Shown: positions 7,849-18,699 of the stretch, piece after piece
Layout of the letters: each line of letters opens with the position of its first letter
Numbering within the stretch: the first letter of the stretch is position 1
Assembly (NCBI GenBank): GCA_046046935.1
Contig: JBJOIU010000003.1
Coordinates: 1,020-65,019, forward strand
From: Bacteroidota bacterium
GTDB lineage: Bacteria > Bacteroidota > Bacteroidia > Chitinophagales > Chitinophagaceae
Length of the DNA stretch: 64,000 bases
Direction: 5' to 3'
Program-made: the position numbers and the translations under genes
Notes under the pieces: model-generated
Databases searched by the model: none
Seen by the model: only the letters and a program-made list of their open reading frames with translations
Told to the model about the DNA's origin: nothing

Positions 7849-9813
7849 TTAAATTCTTTTTATACGCATATTTTTAAATCTTACTACATCTCCGTGTCCT
7901 AAAAATCCAATATGGCCTGTTGTTCTTGTAAGTCCTGGATGTTCTTTATGATCTGCAGTGCCATTCTTTGTTATTTCTTTAAGATCAACTTCATTAATTA
8001 CTGTTCCATTTAATGTCACTTTTATCTTCGATCCCTTCAACATTATTTCTTCTTTGTTCCATTCGCCTGTTGGTAATAGATGTCCTCTTTTTGCAGCGGC
8101 TATGCCATAAACAGATCCGTGGTATTGATATTCTTGTAAACTACTGTAAATAGGCGCTTCATTGTCTAGTACTTGGATTTCCATTCCTACATAGGCAGCA
8201 TCACCTACTGGTGGTGCGTGAACACCAATACCATTGTTAGCGCCTGGAGTTAATTGAAATTCGAATCTATATACAAAATCTGCATATTCTTCTTTAGTAT
8301 ATAAGTTACCTCCACTGCCATTATCTGGCACTACAACTAATGCTCCGTCACTGATTATATAACCTGCAGTATTGCCCATCCATTGATCAATATTGGTGCC
8401 ATCAAATAATTGTACAAATCCTTCTTTCTTTTCTTCTGTACTCAAACCAATAGCATTATTGTCTGGTAATTCTCTGATATATAAATTTCTGTATGCCACA
8501 TAAGTTCCGTGTGCTTGTAATTCAATTTGTTCTTTGATAAAAATAGGTAGGTTTCTATCCCAATAGTTTTCAAGTATTGTGTTATCAGTTACTAAGACTC
8601 CATTTAAATATACAGTCACTTTATCACCTTTCATGATGATGTGAAAATTATTCCAACTTCCTATTGCGTTGTCTGCTACCACCAATGGCTTACTTTGGTT
8701 TTTTTGATTATTGTATAATCCTCCAGAACCCACTTGTGCGCCAACTTCTCTTCTGCTAGTATCCCAAATTTGCACTTGTGGAGTTCCTCTTAAATAAATG
8801 CCAGCATCTCCTTGTGCAGTAATCTTCCAATCTACATACATTTCAAAATCGCCATATTTCTTTTCGGTACAAAGATTGTCTCCGTGCCCTGTAAATACCA
8901 ATAAGCCATCTTTAGCTACCCAGTCATTAACTATTTTTGCATCTGCTTTTTCTTGCAATACTTTTAATGCCGAATCGCTTTGTTTAGCTCTATATACTGG
9001 ATTGCCTACTAGACCTTTCCAGCCTGTTAAGTCTTTACCATTAAACATAGATACGAATCCATAATCATAAGGCAGCTTTCTTAAATGCGCTTTTAACTTA
9101 CCGACTAAAATAGCACTATCTACTCCGCTTATTAAAGGCAATGCTTTTTCTAATGCCTCTCTTACAACTGTTCCCTTAATACTCATATCTGCTAAAGCAA
9201 GTCTTGTAACTGCTAAAGCTGCTTCTTTGTTGATTGCCACATTGTCTAAATATTTGCTTGCAAAAACAAGACTACTAAATCCTGGCACTCTTGCAGCTTC
9301 AGCGATAATTCTTTTTTGTTCAATTGGATTTTTAGCCAATTCCATTTTGTCTTGCAAGTCTAATAATTGTTGCACATTATTTTTGGTAGATACTGCAGCA
9401 ACAGGACTGACAATAATTTTAGGCAAACTATTATTTCTCTCGTTCGTTATAGTTGCTACAGTCAATAAATTTAATTCGTCTTGAATAGCCAATTTTGCAT
9501 ATTCGGTCTTTGCTTTACTTTTTTGTTTTTTTAATTGTTTTGCAAAGCCTGCTCTTTGATCTGTATTCGCAATTTTGTTTACATATGCATGTAATGCATA
9601 TGTTGCTTTAACCTTTGTTGTAGTATCGTCTAATAATTTAAAAAAGCTTTTCCAGTTACTTGACTCCCATGTATTCATGGTTTCTAATGCTGAAGCAGCT
9701 TCGGTAGTTTTTTGAAATGGAAATACTTGTATGGTTGCTTCAACGGTAGACTGTGCTTTAGATTGAACTACAGTAAACAAGTAGATACCGATAATTAAGA
9801 ATATTTTTTTCAT
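7849..9813 (-). CDS. Secreted protein with helical N-terminal region and two DUF1080 (3-keto-disaccharide hydrolase-like) domains
   Basis: Two copies of the DUF1080-type pattern (GFVSMFNGKDLTGW... and GFVQLFDGTNIDQW..., each ending in a HGxVxFRNxxIK-like motif). The track start 9846 is TTG. ATG at 9813 gives a clean signal peptide MKKIFLIIGIYLFTVVQSKA. Confidence 0.75.
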   Translation of the reverse strand: MKKIFLIIGIYLFTVVQSKAQSTVEATIQVFPFQKTTEAASALETMNTWESSNWKSFFKLLDDTTTKVKATYALHAYVNKIANTDQRAGFAKQLKKQKSKAKTEYAKLAIQDELNLLTVATITNERNNSLPKIIVSPVAAVSTKNNVQQLLDLQDKMELAKNPIEQKRIIAEAARVPGFSSLVFASKYLDNVAINKEAALAVTRLALADMSIKGTVVREALEKALPLISGVDSAILVGKLKAHLRKLPYDYGFVSMFNGKDLTGWKGLVGNPVYRAKQSDSALKVLQEKADAKIVNDWVAKDGLLVFTGHGDNLCTEKKYGDFEMYVDWKITAQGDAGIYLRGTPQVQIWDTSRREVGAQVGSGGLYNNQKNQSKPLVVADNAIGSWNNFHIIMKGDKVTVYLNGVLVTDNTILENYWDRNLPIFIKEQIELQAHGTYVAYRNLYIRELPDNNAIGLSTEEKKEGFVQLFDGTNIDQWMGNTAGYIISDGALVVVPDNGSGGNLYTKEEYADFVYRFEFQLTPGANNGIGVHAPPVGDAAYVGMEIQVLDNEAPIYSSLQEYQYHGSVYGIAAAKRGHLLPTGEWNKEEIMLKGSKIKVTLNGTVINEVDLKEITKNGTADHKEHPGLTRTTGHIGFLGHGDVVRFKNMRIKRI

Positions 9814-9833
9814 GTAATTTTTTTTTAAATCTT

Positions 9834-11102
9834 TTAAATAGTCCAAGGTCCACGCATTGGTGGATTGATTAAATAATTGGCTTCTGCATCATCAATGAAT
9901 ACTTGATTCACCGGATCAAATTTTAATGTTCTTCCAAGTTGTAAAGCAATTTTACCCATATTGATTATAGTACAAGACCTGAATCCATTAGATTCATTTA
10001 AAGCAAATGGTGTTCTGTATTTAACTGAGTCTAGGAAGTTAGTTACTTGAGGCTCTGGGTCTGGCATCATCGCTAATTTTTCTTTCAAATTTGGAATATC
10101 TGACTTGAAGCCATTGAATAATTTTCCTTTTGGTCCTTCAATATATGCGGCATTTGGATCTTTGGCTTCACCATCTAAAATAATTTTACATCCATCTTCA
10201 TAAGTGTAAGTGATTTTTCTAAATGTACCACAAGCATCAGGATGTTGTTGTTCTGCATCCACTTCCACCTTAACCGGACTTGTATTGTCTTTCCCCAAAA
10301 AATATTGGATTGGATCTAAATAGTGTTGTCCCATATCACCTAATCCACCTCCATCATAATCCCAATATCCTCTGAAAGTTTGATGAACTCTATGTGCGTT
10401 ATATGGTTTGTACGGCGCTGGTCCTAACCATCTGTCGTAATCTAATTCTGCAGGTATAGCTTGTGGCTCCAAATTGGTTTTACCTACCCAATAGAATTTC
10501 CAATCAAATCCTGTTGTCTTACTAACTGTTACAGTTAATGGCCAACCCAATAAACCAGACTCTACTAATTTTTTTATTGGCTTCACTGTTGTGTTCATTC
10601 CATAAAAATTATCTTCAAAACGGAACCATGTGTTTAATCTAAACATTCGTCCATATTGTTTCACCGCTTCTACTACACGCTTACCTTCTCCAATAGTTCT
10701 AGTCATTGGTTTCTCACACCAAATATCTTTTCCAGCTTTTGCAGCATCTACTGCCATAATTCCATGCCAGTGAGGAGGCGTGGCAATATGTACAATATCT
10801 ACTTCTGGTAATGCAATTAACTCTCTATGATCCTGAAAAGTTTTTACTCCGCCACCAATACTATTCGCTACTTCGGTTAGATGTCTTTGATCTACATCGC
10901 AGATAGCTACTACTCTGGTACCTGCATAGGGTATATGGCCACGACCCATTCCTCCAACTCCAATGATACCTTTGGTTAATTGATCACTTGGAGCTAAAAA
11001 GCCTCTTCCTAATACATGTCTTGGAACAATAGAAAATCCTGCAGCAATGGTTGCAGCATTTCGAAGAAAATTTCTTCTACTGTTGGGTGTTGTTTTTTTC
11101 AT
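9834..11102 (-). CDS. TAT-exported Gfo/Idh/MocA family oxidoreductase
   Basis: Twin-arginine leader SRRNFLRNAATIAAGF and Rossmann motif GIIGVGGMGRGH, with family-typical EKP motif (WCEKPM). Confidence 0.85.
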   Translation of the reverse strand: MKKTTPNSRRNFLRNAATIAAGFSIVPRHVLGRGFLAPSDQLTKGIIGVGGMGRGHIPYAGTRVVAICDVDQRHLTEVANSIGGGVKTFQDHRELIALPEVDIVHIATPPHWHGIMAVDAAKAGKDIWCEKPMTRTIGEGKRVVEAVKQYGRMFRLNTWFRFEDNFYGMNTTVKPIKKLVESGLLGWPLTVTVSKTTGFDWKFYWVGKTNLEPQAIPAELDYDRWLGPAPYKPYNAHRVHQTFRGYWDYDGGGLGDMGQHYLDPIQYFLGKDNTSPVKVEVDAEQQHPDACGTFRKITYTYEDGCKIILDGEAKDPNAAYIEGPKGKLFNGFKSDIPNLKEKLAMMPDPEPQVTNFLDSVKYRTPFALNESNGFRSCTIINMGKIALQLGRTLKFDPVNQVFIDDAEANYLINPPMRGPWTI

Positions 11103-11120
11103 AGTTATTGAGTTCCTTGA

Positions 11121-12692
11121 TTAATTATTTTTATTTCTAATAGCCATACCTTTTCTTGTACCAATATGTGTTCCATTTTCAATGGTTATTGCACCATTCA
11201 CTACTACATATTTAAAACCCTTTGCATATTGATGTGGGTTCTCGTAAGTTGATGCATCACCCACTTCATTCTCATCAAATATTACTATGTCTGCGATATA
11301 ACCTTCTTTTATCAATCCTCTTTCTTGTAAATTAAACTTATTTGCAGGCAAAGAAGTCATTCTTCTAATGGCTTCTTCTAATCCAATTACTTTTTCTTCA
11401 CGTACATATTTCCCTAAAACTCTAGAGTTAGTGCCATAAGCTCTAGGATGTGGTTTGCCTGCACCCATTACCGCAATGCCTGCATCGCTGGCAATCATAT
11501 TGAAAGGATACTTCATAATATTTTTTACATCTTCTTCACTCATTCCATGATAAACCATTTGCGCACCGCCTTGTTCCATCATTTGTACAATAGTTTCTGC
11601 TTCAGCTTTTTGGTTATGCTTGCCGCCTCTCATTAAATTTATTTCTTCGATACTTTTTCCATTATATGTAGAGTCTGCTCTATAGTTGGCTACTACTGCA
11701 TAGCTAAAATGTTTTAAACCTCTTTTTTTGATAATTCCAATACTATGGGCTTTAACTCTTTCTCTAATGATTGGATCTTTTAATCTTGCCATAATGGAAT
11801 CTTGTCCATCAGCTAAAACATCACTAGGCAACATAACACCTAAGTTAGTGCTACTAGCCGTGTAAGGATATTGATCGATGGTTACATCGATACCTTCTTT
11901 TCTTGCATTTTCTACTAATGGCAAGGTTTCTTTACTTCTTCCCCAGTTGTTTTGACCACTCACTTTAAAATGAGATATCTCTACTGGAATATTTGCAGCT
12001 CTTCCAATATGAATTGCCTCATTCACTGCATCTACTACTTTATCTTCTTCATATCTTATATGAGAAGAGTATACACCTCCATTGGCTGCAATCACTTTAG
12101 CCAATCTAACTACTTCTTCTGTTGGAGCATAAGTGCCTGGAATATAAATTAATCCAGTAGACATCCCTACTGCACCATCTTGCATTGCTTTCTGAGCTAA
12201 AAATTCCATTTTAACCAATTCTTCTTCTGTAGCATCTCTATTGGCTGTGCCCATTACTTGTTTGCGAATATTATTATGCCCCATTAAAGAAGCAATATTA
12301 ATAGAGGTGCCAATTGAATCGATAGTATTAAAATAATTTTTTAAATTATCCGCACTGCCGCCGCAGTTACCGGTAATTACAGTGGTTACCCCATCATAAA
12401 TAAAATTTCCTGCTAATGGGTTTCTGGTTTCGCCACCTTCCACATGTCCATGTACATCAATAAATCCAGGGGATACAATTAAACCCTTAGCATCAATTGT
12501 TTTTGCAGCTTTCCAATTCTTTAATTGACCAATAGCAATGATTTTATTTTTACTAATTGCAATGTCTTTGTATTGCCATTGGTTGCCTGTTCCATCCATT
12601 AATTTGCCGTTCTGAATAATCAAGTCTGCATCTTGCGCTTGGATTGCTTTAAATGAGCATATTGCTAAAGCAATTATGAGTATTTTTTTCAT
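11121..12692 (-). CDS. Secreted amidohydrolase, N-acyl-D-amino-acid deacylase (D-aminoacylase)-like
   Basis: Signal peptide, metal-binding GFIDVHGHVE (HxH) motif, and length typical of D-aminoacylases. Confidence 0.7.
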   Translation of the reverse strand: MKKILIIALAICSFKAIQAQDADLIIQNGKLMDGTGNQWQYKDIAISKNKIIAIGQLKNWKAAKTIDAKGLIVSPGFIDVHGHVEGGETRNPLAGNFIYDGVTTVITGNCGGSADNLKNYFNTIDSIGTSINIASLMGHNNIRKQVMGTANRDATEEELVKMEFLAQKAMQDGAVGMSTGLIYIPGTYAPTEEVVRLAKVIAANGGVYSSHIRYEEDKVVDAVNEAIHIGRAANIPVEISHFKVSGQNNWGRSKETLPLVENARKEGIDVTIDQYPYTASSTNLGVMLPSDVLADGQDSIMARLKDPIIRERVKAHSIGIIKKRGLKHFSYAVVANYRADSTYNGKSIEEINLMRGGKHNQKAEAETIVQMMEQGGAQMVYHGMSEEDVKNIMKYPFNMIASDAGIAVMGAGKPHPRAYGTNSRVLGKYVREEKVIGLEEAIRRMTSLPANKFNLQERGLIKEGYIADIVIFDENEVGDASTYENPHQYAKGFKYVVVNGAITIENGTHIGTRKGMAIRNKNN

Positions 12693-12753
12693 GGAATAAA
12701 TTGTCTCTCAATTTACTAAATACTAAGTATAAATTTCTTACATTAGAGATGAA

Positions 12754-13050
12754 ATGTTGAAAGCCTTACTATATATCAGCTTTATTGGCAGTAGCTTCTT
12801 GGTTTTATTAACTGCTTGTACCGGCAAATCTGCCTCAAAAGATTTTGCTCAAAACCTAATTGATTCATCCTCTACTGTTTATCTAACTTATTATTACGAC
12901 GAAGTCTACTATTTAGAAACAAGGTATTACGATCATCAGAAACAGTTAGTCAAAACGGTTAAATACGATGATATTGTACGCTGTGTAATTTATAATGTCA
13001 AGTCAAAAGATGCCATGAAGCTAAAGTCTATTGAATTAGGCGTTAAGTAG
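12754..13050 (+). CDS. Small hypothetical lipoprotein
   Basis: Lipobox-like LLTAC after a hydrophobic leader. No recognisable domain. Confidence 0.45.
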   Translation: MLKALLYISFIGSSFLVLLTACTGKSASKDFAQNLIDSSSTVYLTYYYDEVYYLETRYYDHQKQLVKTVKYDDIVRCVIYNVKSKDAMKLKSIELGVK

Positions 13051-15336
13051 AACTTCATCTAGTGCTCTGGAAAAATCGATGGCATTTTTTTCTGAAAATA
13101 CAATCGGAGGTTTAATCTTCAACACATTATTATAAGGTCCGTCAGTGCTTATGAGGAAACCCTTGTTTTTCAAGGCTTCTACAATATGATTAATCTCTTT
13201 GCCAACTGGCTCTTTGGTGACCCTATCTTTAACTAACTCAACCCCAACAAATAATCCTTCTCCTCTTACATCTCCAATGATGGGATGTTTTTTCATTAAT
13301 GCTGTTAAACTCTTTAATAAAGTGTTGCCAACAACTAAAGCATTTTCTTGAAGCTGTTCATTTTGTATGGTCTTTAATACAGCAGCGCCTGTTGCCATAG
13401 AAACCGGATTGCCTCCATAGGTATTAAAGAATTCAATTCCATTATTAAATTTATGGGCAATAGCTTCTGTCATCAAGACTGCGGCTAGTGGGTGTCCATT
13501 TCCAATGGGTTTCCCCATGACTACCATATCTGGTAATACTTCTTGTAATTCAAATCCCCAAAATTTAGAACCAACTCTTCCAAATCCTACTTGCACTTCG
13601 TCTGCTATACAAATTCCTCCTGCAACTTGCACTTGGGCGTACACCTCTTTTAAATAATTTTTGGGTAGTGGTATTTGTCCGCCAACGCCTAATAAGGTTT
13701 CACAAATAAAAGCTGCAGGTTTTTTGCCTATCTGTTTTAATTTTTCAATTATATCTACTACAGATTCTGCATAAGCCTTTCCAGCTTCACCATTATTATT
13801 TTGATAAGGACCTCTATAAATATCTGGATTCATGGCTTTATGTACCCATGGCATTTGTCCAATTCCACCTGGCTTGTCAAACTTGTATGGACTAATTTGC
13901 ATTGTTGTAGTGGATGTTCCATGATATGCATGATCTAAAACAATCACATCTTCTTGACCAGTGACCATTTTACTTATTCTTATTGCCAAATCATTTGCCT
14001 CAGAACCACTATTGGTAAAGTAACAAACACTTAAATGTTTTGGAAGCGTTGTTAACAAAGCTTCTGCATAATCAATAATCTCATTATTTAAATACCTTGT
14101 ATTAGTATTCAAAGTTGCAATTTGTTTTTGCATAGCTCTAACCACTGTAGGATGACAGTGACCTACATGGCTTACATTGTTTACACAATCTATATAAGTA
14201 TTTCCTTTATCATCATATAAATACTGAAGAGCGCCTTTATCAATTTTTAAATGTTCTTGGTAGCTGATGCTTAAATTTTGACCAATTAATTTTTTCCTTT
14301 TTGATTCATGTTCGGAGTAATCATTACTAGCATTTATTAAAGATTTAAATCCACATACTTTATTAAACGCATCCTGGGCTTTGATTGGGTTTATCTCTAT
14401 CAATTGATATATTAATTTCCAGGCGGGTTTTTCTGTTATAAAATGATGTGCATTTTCTGATACTAAAGAAGCATTATAGGCAGATTGAGTTAAACTAATG
14501 CACAATCTAGCTGCAATTAAATAATATAAAATACTTAATTCATTTTCTTTTAGAGCAAATTTGGAGTGATAGCCTTTTACTACAGATACTGCTACTGATA
14601 AAGGATCTTCGCTATCTAACATGGCATATGTACATGCAACAGCTACATTATTAATAGTAGCCGTATATACCATGTCACCAAAATCTATTAAGCCAATTAC
14701 TTCATTGTCTTTAACTAATATATTATAATCATTAGCGTCATTATGAACATAACTATGTCTCAATGAGCTTAAAATTGGCAATACCTCCGTTTCAAATTGT
14801 AGTAAAAAATAATCTACTATTCTTTTGCCTTCATGCGATTTGATATGCGCAAGCTTATATTGTGCATCCCTTGCTGTACTTATATCCCAGGTATAATGCC
14901 TGTGCATACTTGGGTGTTTGAAATCAACCAATGACGCATCCATCATAGCTAAAAACTGGCCTAAATCTTCATGCAGTATTGGGTTGTTATGAGTTATATC
15001 TACCCAAAAATTTCCCTCTAAATAATTTAATATCCTTAGATAATAAATTTCTCCGCCTTCTTCTAGTATGGTAAGTGTTTCACCTTTTTTATTTTTTATA
15101 AAATATTGAAGCTTATCAGCTATGGGGCTATTTCTTAGATGCGTAATAATTTTTATTTGTGCATCTATAAAATCTTTATCATGCGCTGCATTGGCAATTT
15201 TTAAAATATATTTCTTGCCAAATTTTTCTGTTAAGATAAAATTAAGTTCATCATAGCCGTCCAGGGCTTTTGCTTCAACACTAAGTTCATAATGATTATG
15301 AACAATGTTTTCTATAGCTGCAGTAGTAAATTTCAT
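13036..15336 (-). CDS. Fusion protein: APH-type small-molecule kinase domain + class III aminotransferase / phospho-lyase-like domain
   Basis: N-terminal half has the kinase catalytic loop [11 protein letters not shown] and IDFGD. C-terminal half has [12 protein letters not shown] and [12 protein letters not shown], as in the AGXT2L-type subfamily. Confidence 0.8.
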   Translation of the reverse strand: MKFTTAAIENIVHNHYELSVEAKALDGYDELNFILTEKFGKKYILKIANAAHDKDFIDAQIKIITHLRNSPIADKLQYFIKNKKGETLTILEEGGEIYYLRILNYLEGNFWVDITHNNPILHEDLGQFLAMMDASLVDFKHPSMHRHYTWDISTARDAQYKLAHIKSHEGKRIVDYFLLQFETEVLPILSSLRHSYVHNDANDYNILVKDNEVIGLIDFGDMVYTATINNVAVACTYAMLDSEDPLSVAVSVVKGYHSKFALKENELSILYYLIAARLCISLTQSAYNASLVSENAHHFITEKPAWKLIYQLIEINPIKAQDAFNKVCGFKSLINASNDYSEHESKRKKLIGQNLSISYQEHLKIDKGALQYLYDDKGNTYIDCVNNVSHVGHCHPTVVRAMQKQIATLNTNTRYLNNEIIDYAEALLTTLPKHLSVCYFTNSGSEANDLAIRISKMVTGQEDVIVLDHAYHGTSTTTMQISPYKFDKPGGIGQMPWVHKAMNPDIYRGPYQNNNGEAGKAYAESVVDIIEKLKQIGKKPAAFICETLLGVGGQIPLPKNYLKEVYAQVQVAGGICIADEVQVGFGRVGSKFWGFELQEVLPDMVVMGKPIGNGHPLAAVLMTEAIAHKFNNGIEFFNTYGGNPVSMATGAAVLKTIQNEQLQENALVVGNTLLKSLTALMKKHPIIGDVRGEGLFVGVELVKDRVTKEPVGKEINHIVEALKNKGFLISTDGPYNNVLKIKPPIVFSEKNAIDFSRALDEVLLNA

Positions 15337-15339
15337 TAT

Positions 15340-16281
15340 TTACTTTATAAATTCATTAATAATTATTGCTGTTTGTTTTGGAGCCTCTTCCATGGGTACA
15401 TGTCCTATATTTTTCATAATAACAGATTTACTTCCCTTAATATCTTTTTCAAAAAGATAAGCGTTATTACTATTGATCAATTGATCATCTTCTCCGAAAA
15501 TTATAAGTGTAGGTTGTTGGATATTTTTTATTCTTTCTGTTTCTTGTTGGAATCCATTTTTAAAAATACTTAAAGCAGCTTTTCTATTCCCTTCTACTAA
15601 CAATAATTCATGATACCTAGTTATACGCTCTTCTGTAACCATTGACTGATCTGTGAAAACTGTCTCTAAACTTTTCTTCACCAAAGACCTAGGTGTTACA
15701 AACAATAAAATATTATTTACAATGGGGATACTTGCTATTTTAAATCCTAAAGAACCCTTCTCATCTTTTTTTGGATAACCAGAAGCGTCTATTAAAATTA
15801 ATTGACTTACTCGATGGGGATAATCTAATGCAAAGTGCCATGCAATCCCTCCGCCTAAAGAGTTTCCTGCAATAATAGAATGTTTTACTTCTAATTGATT
15901 TAAAAATGCATTTAAAAAATCGCTATAGAACTTATAACTATACTTGTTTTCGGGGCTTGGTCCTGTTAATCCAAATGCAGGCATGTCCAATCGAATAATT
16001 CTTTTATTAGAAGGTAAATAGCTAATTAAACTGTCCCATGTATTTAGTGATGAGGATGTTCCATGAATTAATAGAATGGGTGTGCTATCTAATTTATTTC
16101 CTTCATCTCTATAATGCACTTGCATGCCCATTAGTGGCATAAACTGTGATGGATTTTTTGCATATTTACTTTTTAATTGCTCTCTTGGAATATCTTTTTG
16201 AGCAATTGCTATCATTATAGCACTTGATCCGATGAACAATGTGAATAAAAAGTAGCCTAGATACTTAAACAATTTCTTCAT
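15340..16281 (-). CDS. Alpha/beta hydrolase (membrane-anchored or secreted)
   Basis: HGTSSS oxyanion region, nucleophile elbow GNSLGGG and C-terminal GHVPMEE. Its stop lies 3 bp upstream of the fusion gene. Confidence 0.8.
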   Translation of the reverse strand: MKKLFKYLGYFLFTLFIGSSAIMIAIAQKDIPREQLKSKYAKNPSQFMPLMGMQVHYRDEGNKLDSTPILLIHGTSSSLNTWDSLISYLPSNKRIIRLDMPAFGLTGPSPENKYSYKFYSDFLNAFLNQLEVKHSIIAGNSLGGGIAWHFALDYPHRVSQLILIDASGYPKKDEKGSLGFKIASIPIVNNILLFVTPRSLVKKSLETVFTDQSMVTEERITRYHELLLVEGNRKAALSIFKNGFQQETERIKNIQQPTLIIFGEDDQLINSNNAYLFEKDIKGSKSVIMKNIGHVPMEEAPKQTAIIINEFIK

Positions 16282-16364
16282 TCTATTTACCCATTTTTGA
16301 AGATATTAAGTTATGCAATTTTGTCTGCATAAAAACAGTAATTTCGGAGTATCAATTTATATCT

Positions 16365-18269
16365 ATGAAAAAAGCATTTCTTTCCATTTGTTTATTGTCG
16401 ATTAGTTTTTTGATAATGGCACAACCTACTCAAAAGCCACCATTACATGGTAAAAACTGGATGGCCATTACTGGTAAGCCTCTAGCTGCCACTGCGGGTG
16501 CGAAAGTTTTTGATAAAGGTGGAAATGCAGTAGATGCTGCTTGCGCAATGCTGGCCGCTACTTGTACTATGTGGGATGTACTTAGCTGGGGCGGTGAAAC
16601 ACAGGCTTTAATATACAATCCAAATACCAAACAAGTTATCGCTATTAATGCAATGGGTGTTGCACCTACTGGCGCAACTGTTGAATTTTTCAAAGGCAAG
16701 GGGTATCAATTTCCTCCCGAATATGGTCCTTTAGCTGCTACAACTCCTGGTACACCAGGCGGAATCTGTTATATGCTGTCTAATTATGGTACAATGAGTT
16801 TAAAAGAGGTACTTGCTCCAGCAATGGAATTAGCTGCAGGTTATCCAATTGATGCACAAACTGCTAATAGTATCGAGAGAGGTAAAGGTAGAATCAAAGA
16901 ATGGCCTTATAGTAAAAAAGTATTATTACCACATTTGGGTGAAAAGAGAGAAGCGCCAGAAGCAGGTGAAATCTTTGTACAACAAGATTTATTAAATACT
17001 TTACAAAAAATGGTGGATGCCGAACAAGCTGCATTAAAAAAAGGGAAGAACAGAAAAGAAGCTATTCAGGCTGCTTATGATCGTTTTTATAAAGGAGATA
17101 TTGCTGATGAATTTGTAAGAGGTGTTAAAGAACAAGGTGGATTAATTACCAAAGAAGATTTAGCTAATTGGAAGCCAGTAGAAGAAGCTACTACACATAT
17201 TAACTACAAAGGCATTGAAGTATACAAATTACAACCTTGGACACAAGGTCCTGCTTTATTACAAGCCTTGAATATTTTAGAAAATTTTGATTTGAAAGGC
17301 ATGGGCTATAATTCTGCAAAATATATTCATACTGTTTATCAAGCAATGAACTTAAGTTTTGCAGACAGAGATTTTTATTATGGTGATCCAAGATTTGCTA
17401 CTAATCAACCAATGACTGGTTTATTAAGTAAGTCTTATGCGAAGCAAAGAGCTAGTGAAATTAATTGGAAAGCCAATAACCCAAATGTTGGACCTGGAGA
17501 TCCTTATCCGTTTGAAGGGAAAACGAATCCTTATTTAAACCTATTAAAATCAAGAGGCTTTACTCCAAATAGTGATACAACTAGAAAAAACACTTTCTTA
17601 CCTGCACATGATGCCATTGCAAAATCTGATTTAAGTCAAATTCCAGATGCAGCGTATATGGATCGTTTATGGAGAGGTACTACTACAGTTGAGTCTGCAG
17701 ATAAAGAGGGCTGGGTAGTTTCTATAACACCAAGTGGTGGATGGTTGCCTGCTGTAATAGCTGGTAATACTGGTGTAGGTATGAGTCAAAGAATGCAAAG
17801 TTTTGTTTTAGATTCAACTATTAATCCTTTTAATGTAGTGGCTCCTGGTAAAAGACCAAGAGTTACATTAACGCCAAGCATTGCTATAAAAGATGGTAAA
17901 CCAATGATGGCATTTGGTGTGCAAGGGGGAGATACTCAAGATCAAAATTTATTACAATTCTTTTTGAATGTAGTTGAATTTGGTATGACTATGCAAGAAG
18001 CCAGCGAAGCGGCTAATATTAATACCAATCAACTATGGTTGTCTTTAGGTGGATCTAAACTAGATGATAGAAAGCCAAGACCAGGAAATGTATTATTAAA
18101 CAATAATGTACCTGATTGGGTTAGAAAAGAATTAAGAGCAATGGGCTATACCTTAAGTTTTGAAGAAAGAACAAGTGGTCCTATAAACGCTATTTATTTT
18201 GATTGGAAACATAATTCCATGTGGGGAGGAAGTTCCAATCACGGAGAAGATTATGGTATAGGTTGGTAG
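16365..18269 (+). CDS. Gamma-glutamyltransferase family protein (secreted)
   Basis: Signal peptide. GGT-family layout with candidate autoprocessing Thr in WRGTTTVES and C-terminal GGSSNHGEDY-like motif. Confidence 0.8.
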   Translation: MKKAFLSICLLSISFLIMAQPTQKPPLHGKNWMAITGKPLAATAGAKVFDKGGNAVDAACAMLAATCTMWDVLSWGGETQALIYNPNTKQVIAINAMGVAPTGATVEFFKGKGYQFPPEYGPLAATTPGTPGGICYMLSNYGTMSLKEVLAPAMELAAGYPIDAQTANSIERGKGRIKEWPYSKKVLLPHLGEKREAPEAGEIFVQQDLLNTLQKMVDAEQAALKKGKNRKEAIQAAYDRFYKGDIADEFVRGVKEQGGLITKEDLANWKPVEEATTHINYKGIEVYKLQPWTQGPALLQALNILENFDLKGMGYNSAKYIHTVYQAMNLSFADRDFYYGDPRFATNQPMTGLLSKSYAKQRASEINWKANNPNVGPGDPYPFEGKTNPYLNLLKSRGFTPNSDTTRKNTFLPAHDAIAKSDLSQIPDAAYMDRLWRGTTTVESADKEGWVVSITPSGGWLPAVIAGNTGVGMSQRMQSFVLDSTINPFNVVAPGKRPRVTLTPSIAIKDGKPMMAFGVQGGDTQDQNLLQFFLNVVEFGMTMQEASEAANINTNQLWLSLGGSKLDDRKPRPGNVLLNNNVPDWVRKELRAMGYTLSFEERTSGPINAIYFDWKHNSMWGGSSNHGEDYGIGW

Positions 18270-18271
18270 AC

Positions 18272-18307
18272 AAAAAAAATAGCCTCGCATTGCGAGGCTA
18301 TTTTTTT
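18272..18307. terminator. Bidirectional rho-independent terminator
   Basis: A-run, AGCCTCG-cattg-CGAGGCT, then T-run, between convergent genes ending at 18269 and 18306. Confidence 0.75.
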
Positions 18308-18683
18308 ACTTTGGTGTTACAAAATAATCGACTACGAAAACTCTATCCATATGAGGTTTCAATACCTCTTGAAATGCTTTATGTGCAGGATGTAATTGAT
18401 AAGAGGCTAAATCTTTTTCAGAACTAAATGTCAAAACAAAACAATGAGTGAAGCCTTGATCTAAATGCTCTGGACTCATATTTAATCCCCATTCCATATT
18501 CTTTACTTCAGGAACTTTTCCGTATAAGTCATTAAAGGTTCTAGTCACTTTTGCAACATCTTCTTTACTGGAAGTAGCTTTAAAAGTAAATAAAACCACA
18601 TGTCTTAATTGTGTTTTTTCTTTTTGAGCAAAAACAACAAAACTTGTACAAACCAATAAACTTAATAGTAATAATTTTTTCAT
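18306..18683 (-). CDS. Secreted Dabb (stress-responsive A/B barrel) domain protein
   Basis: Signal peptide plus HVVLFTFK...H...F pattern typical of Dabb domains. Confidence 0.65.
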   Translation of the reverse strand: MKKLLLLSLLVCTSFVVFAQKEKTQLRHVVLFTFKATSSKEDVAKVTRTFNDLYGKVPEVKNMEWGLNMSPEHLDQGFTHCFVLTFSSEKDLASYQLHPAHKAFQEVLKPHMDRVFVVDYFVTPK

Positions 18684-18699
18684 GATAGTTTTTTAATCG

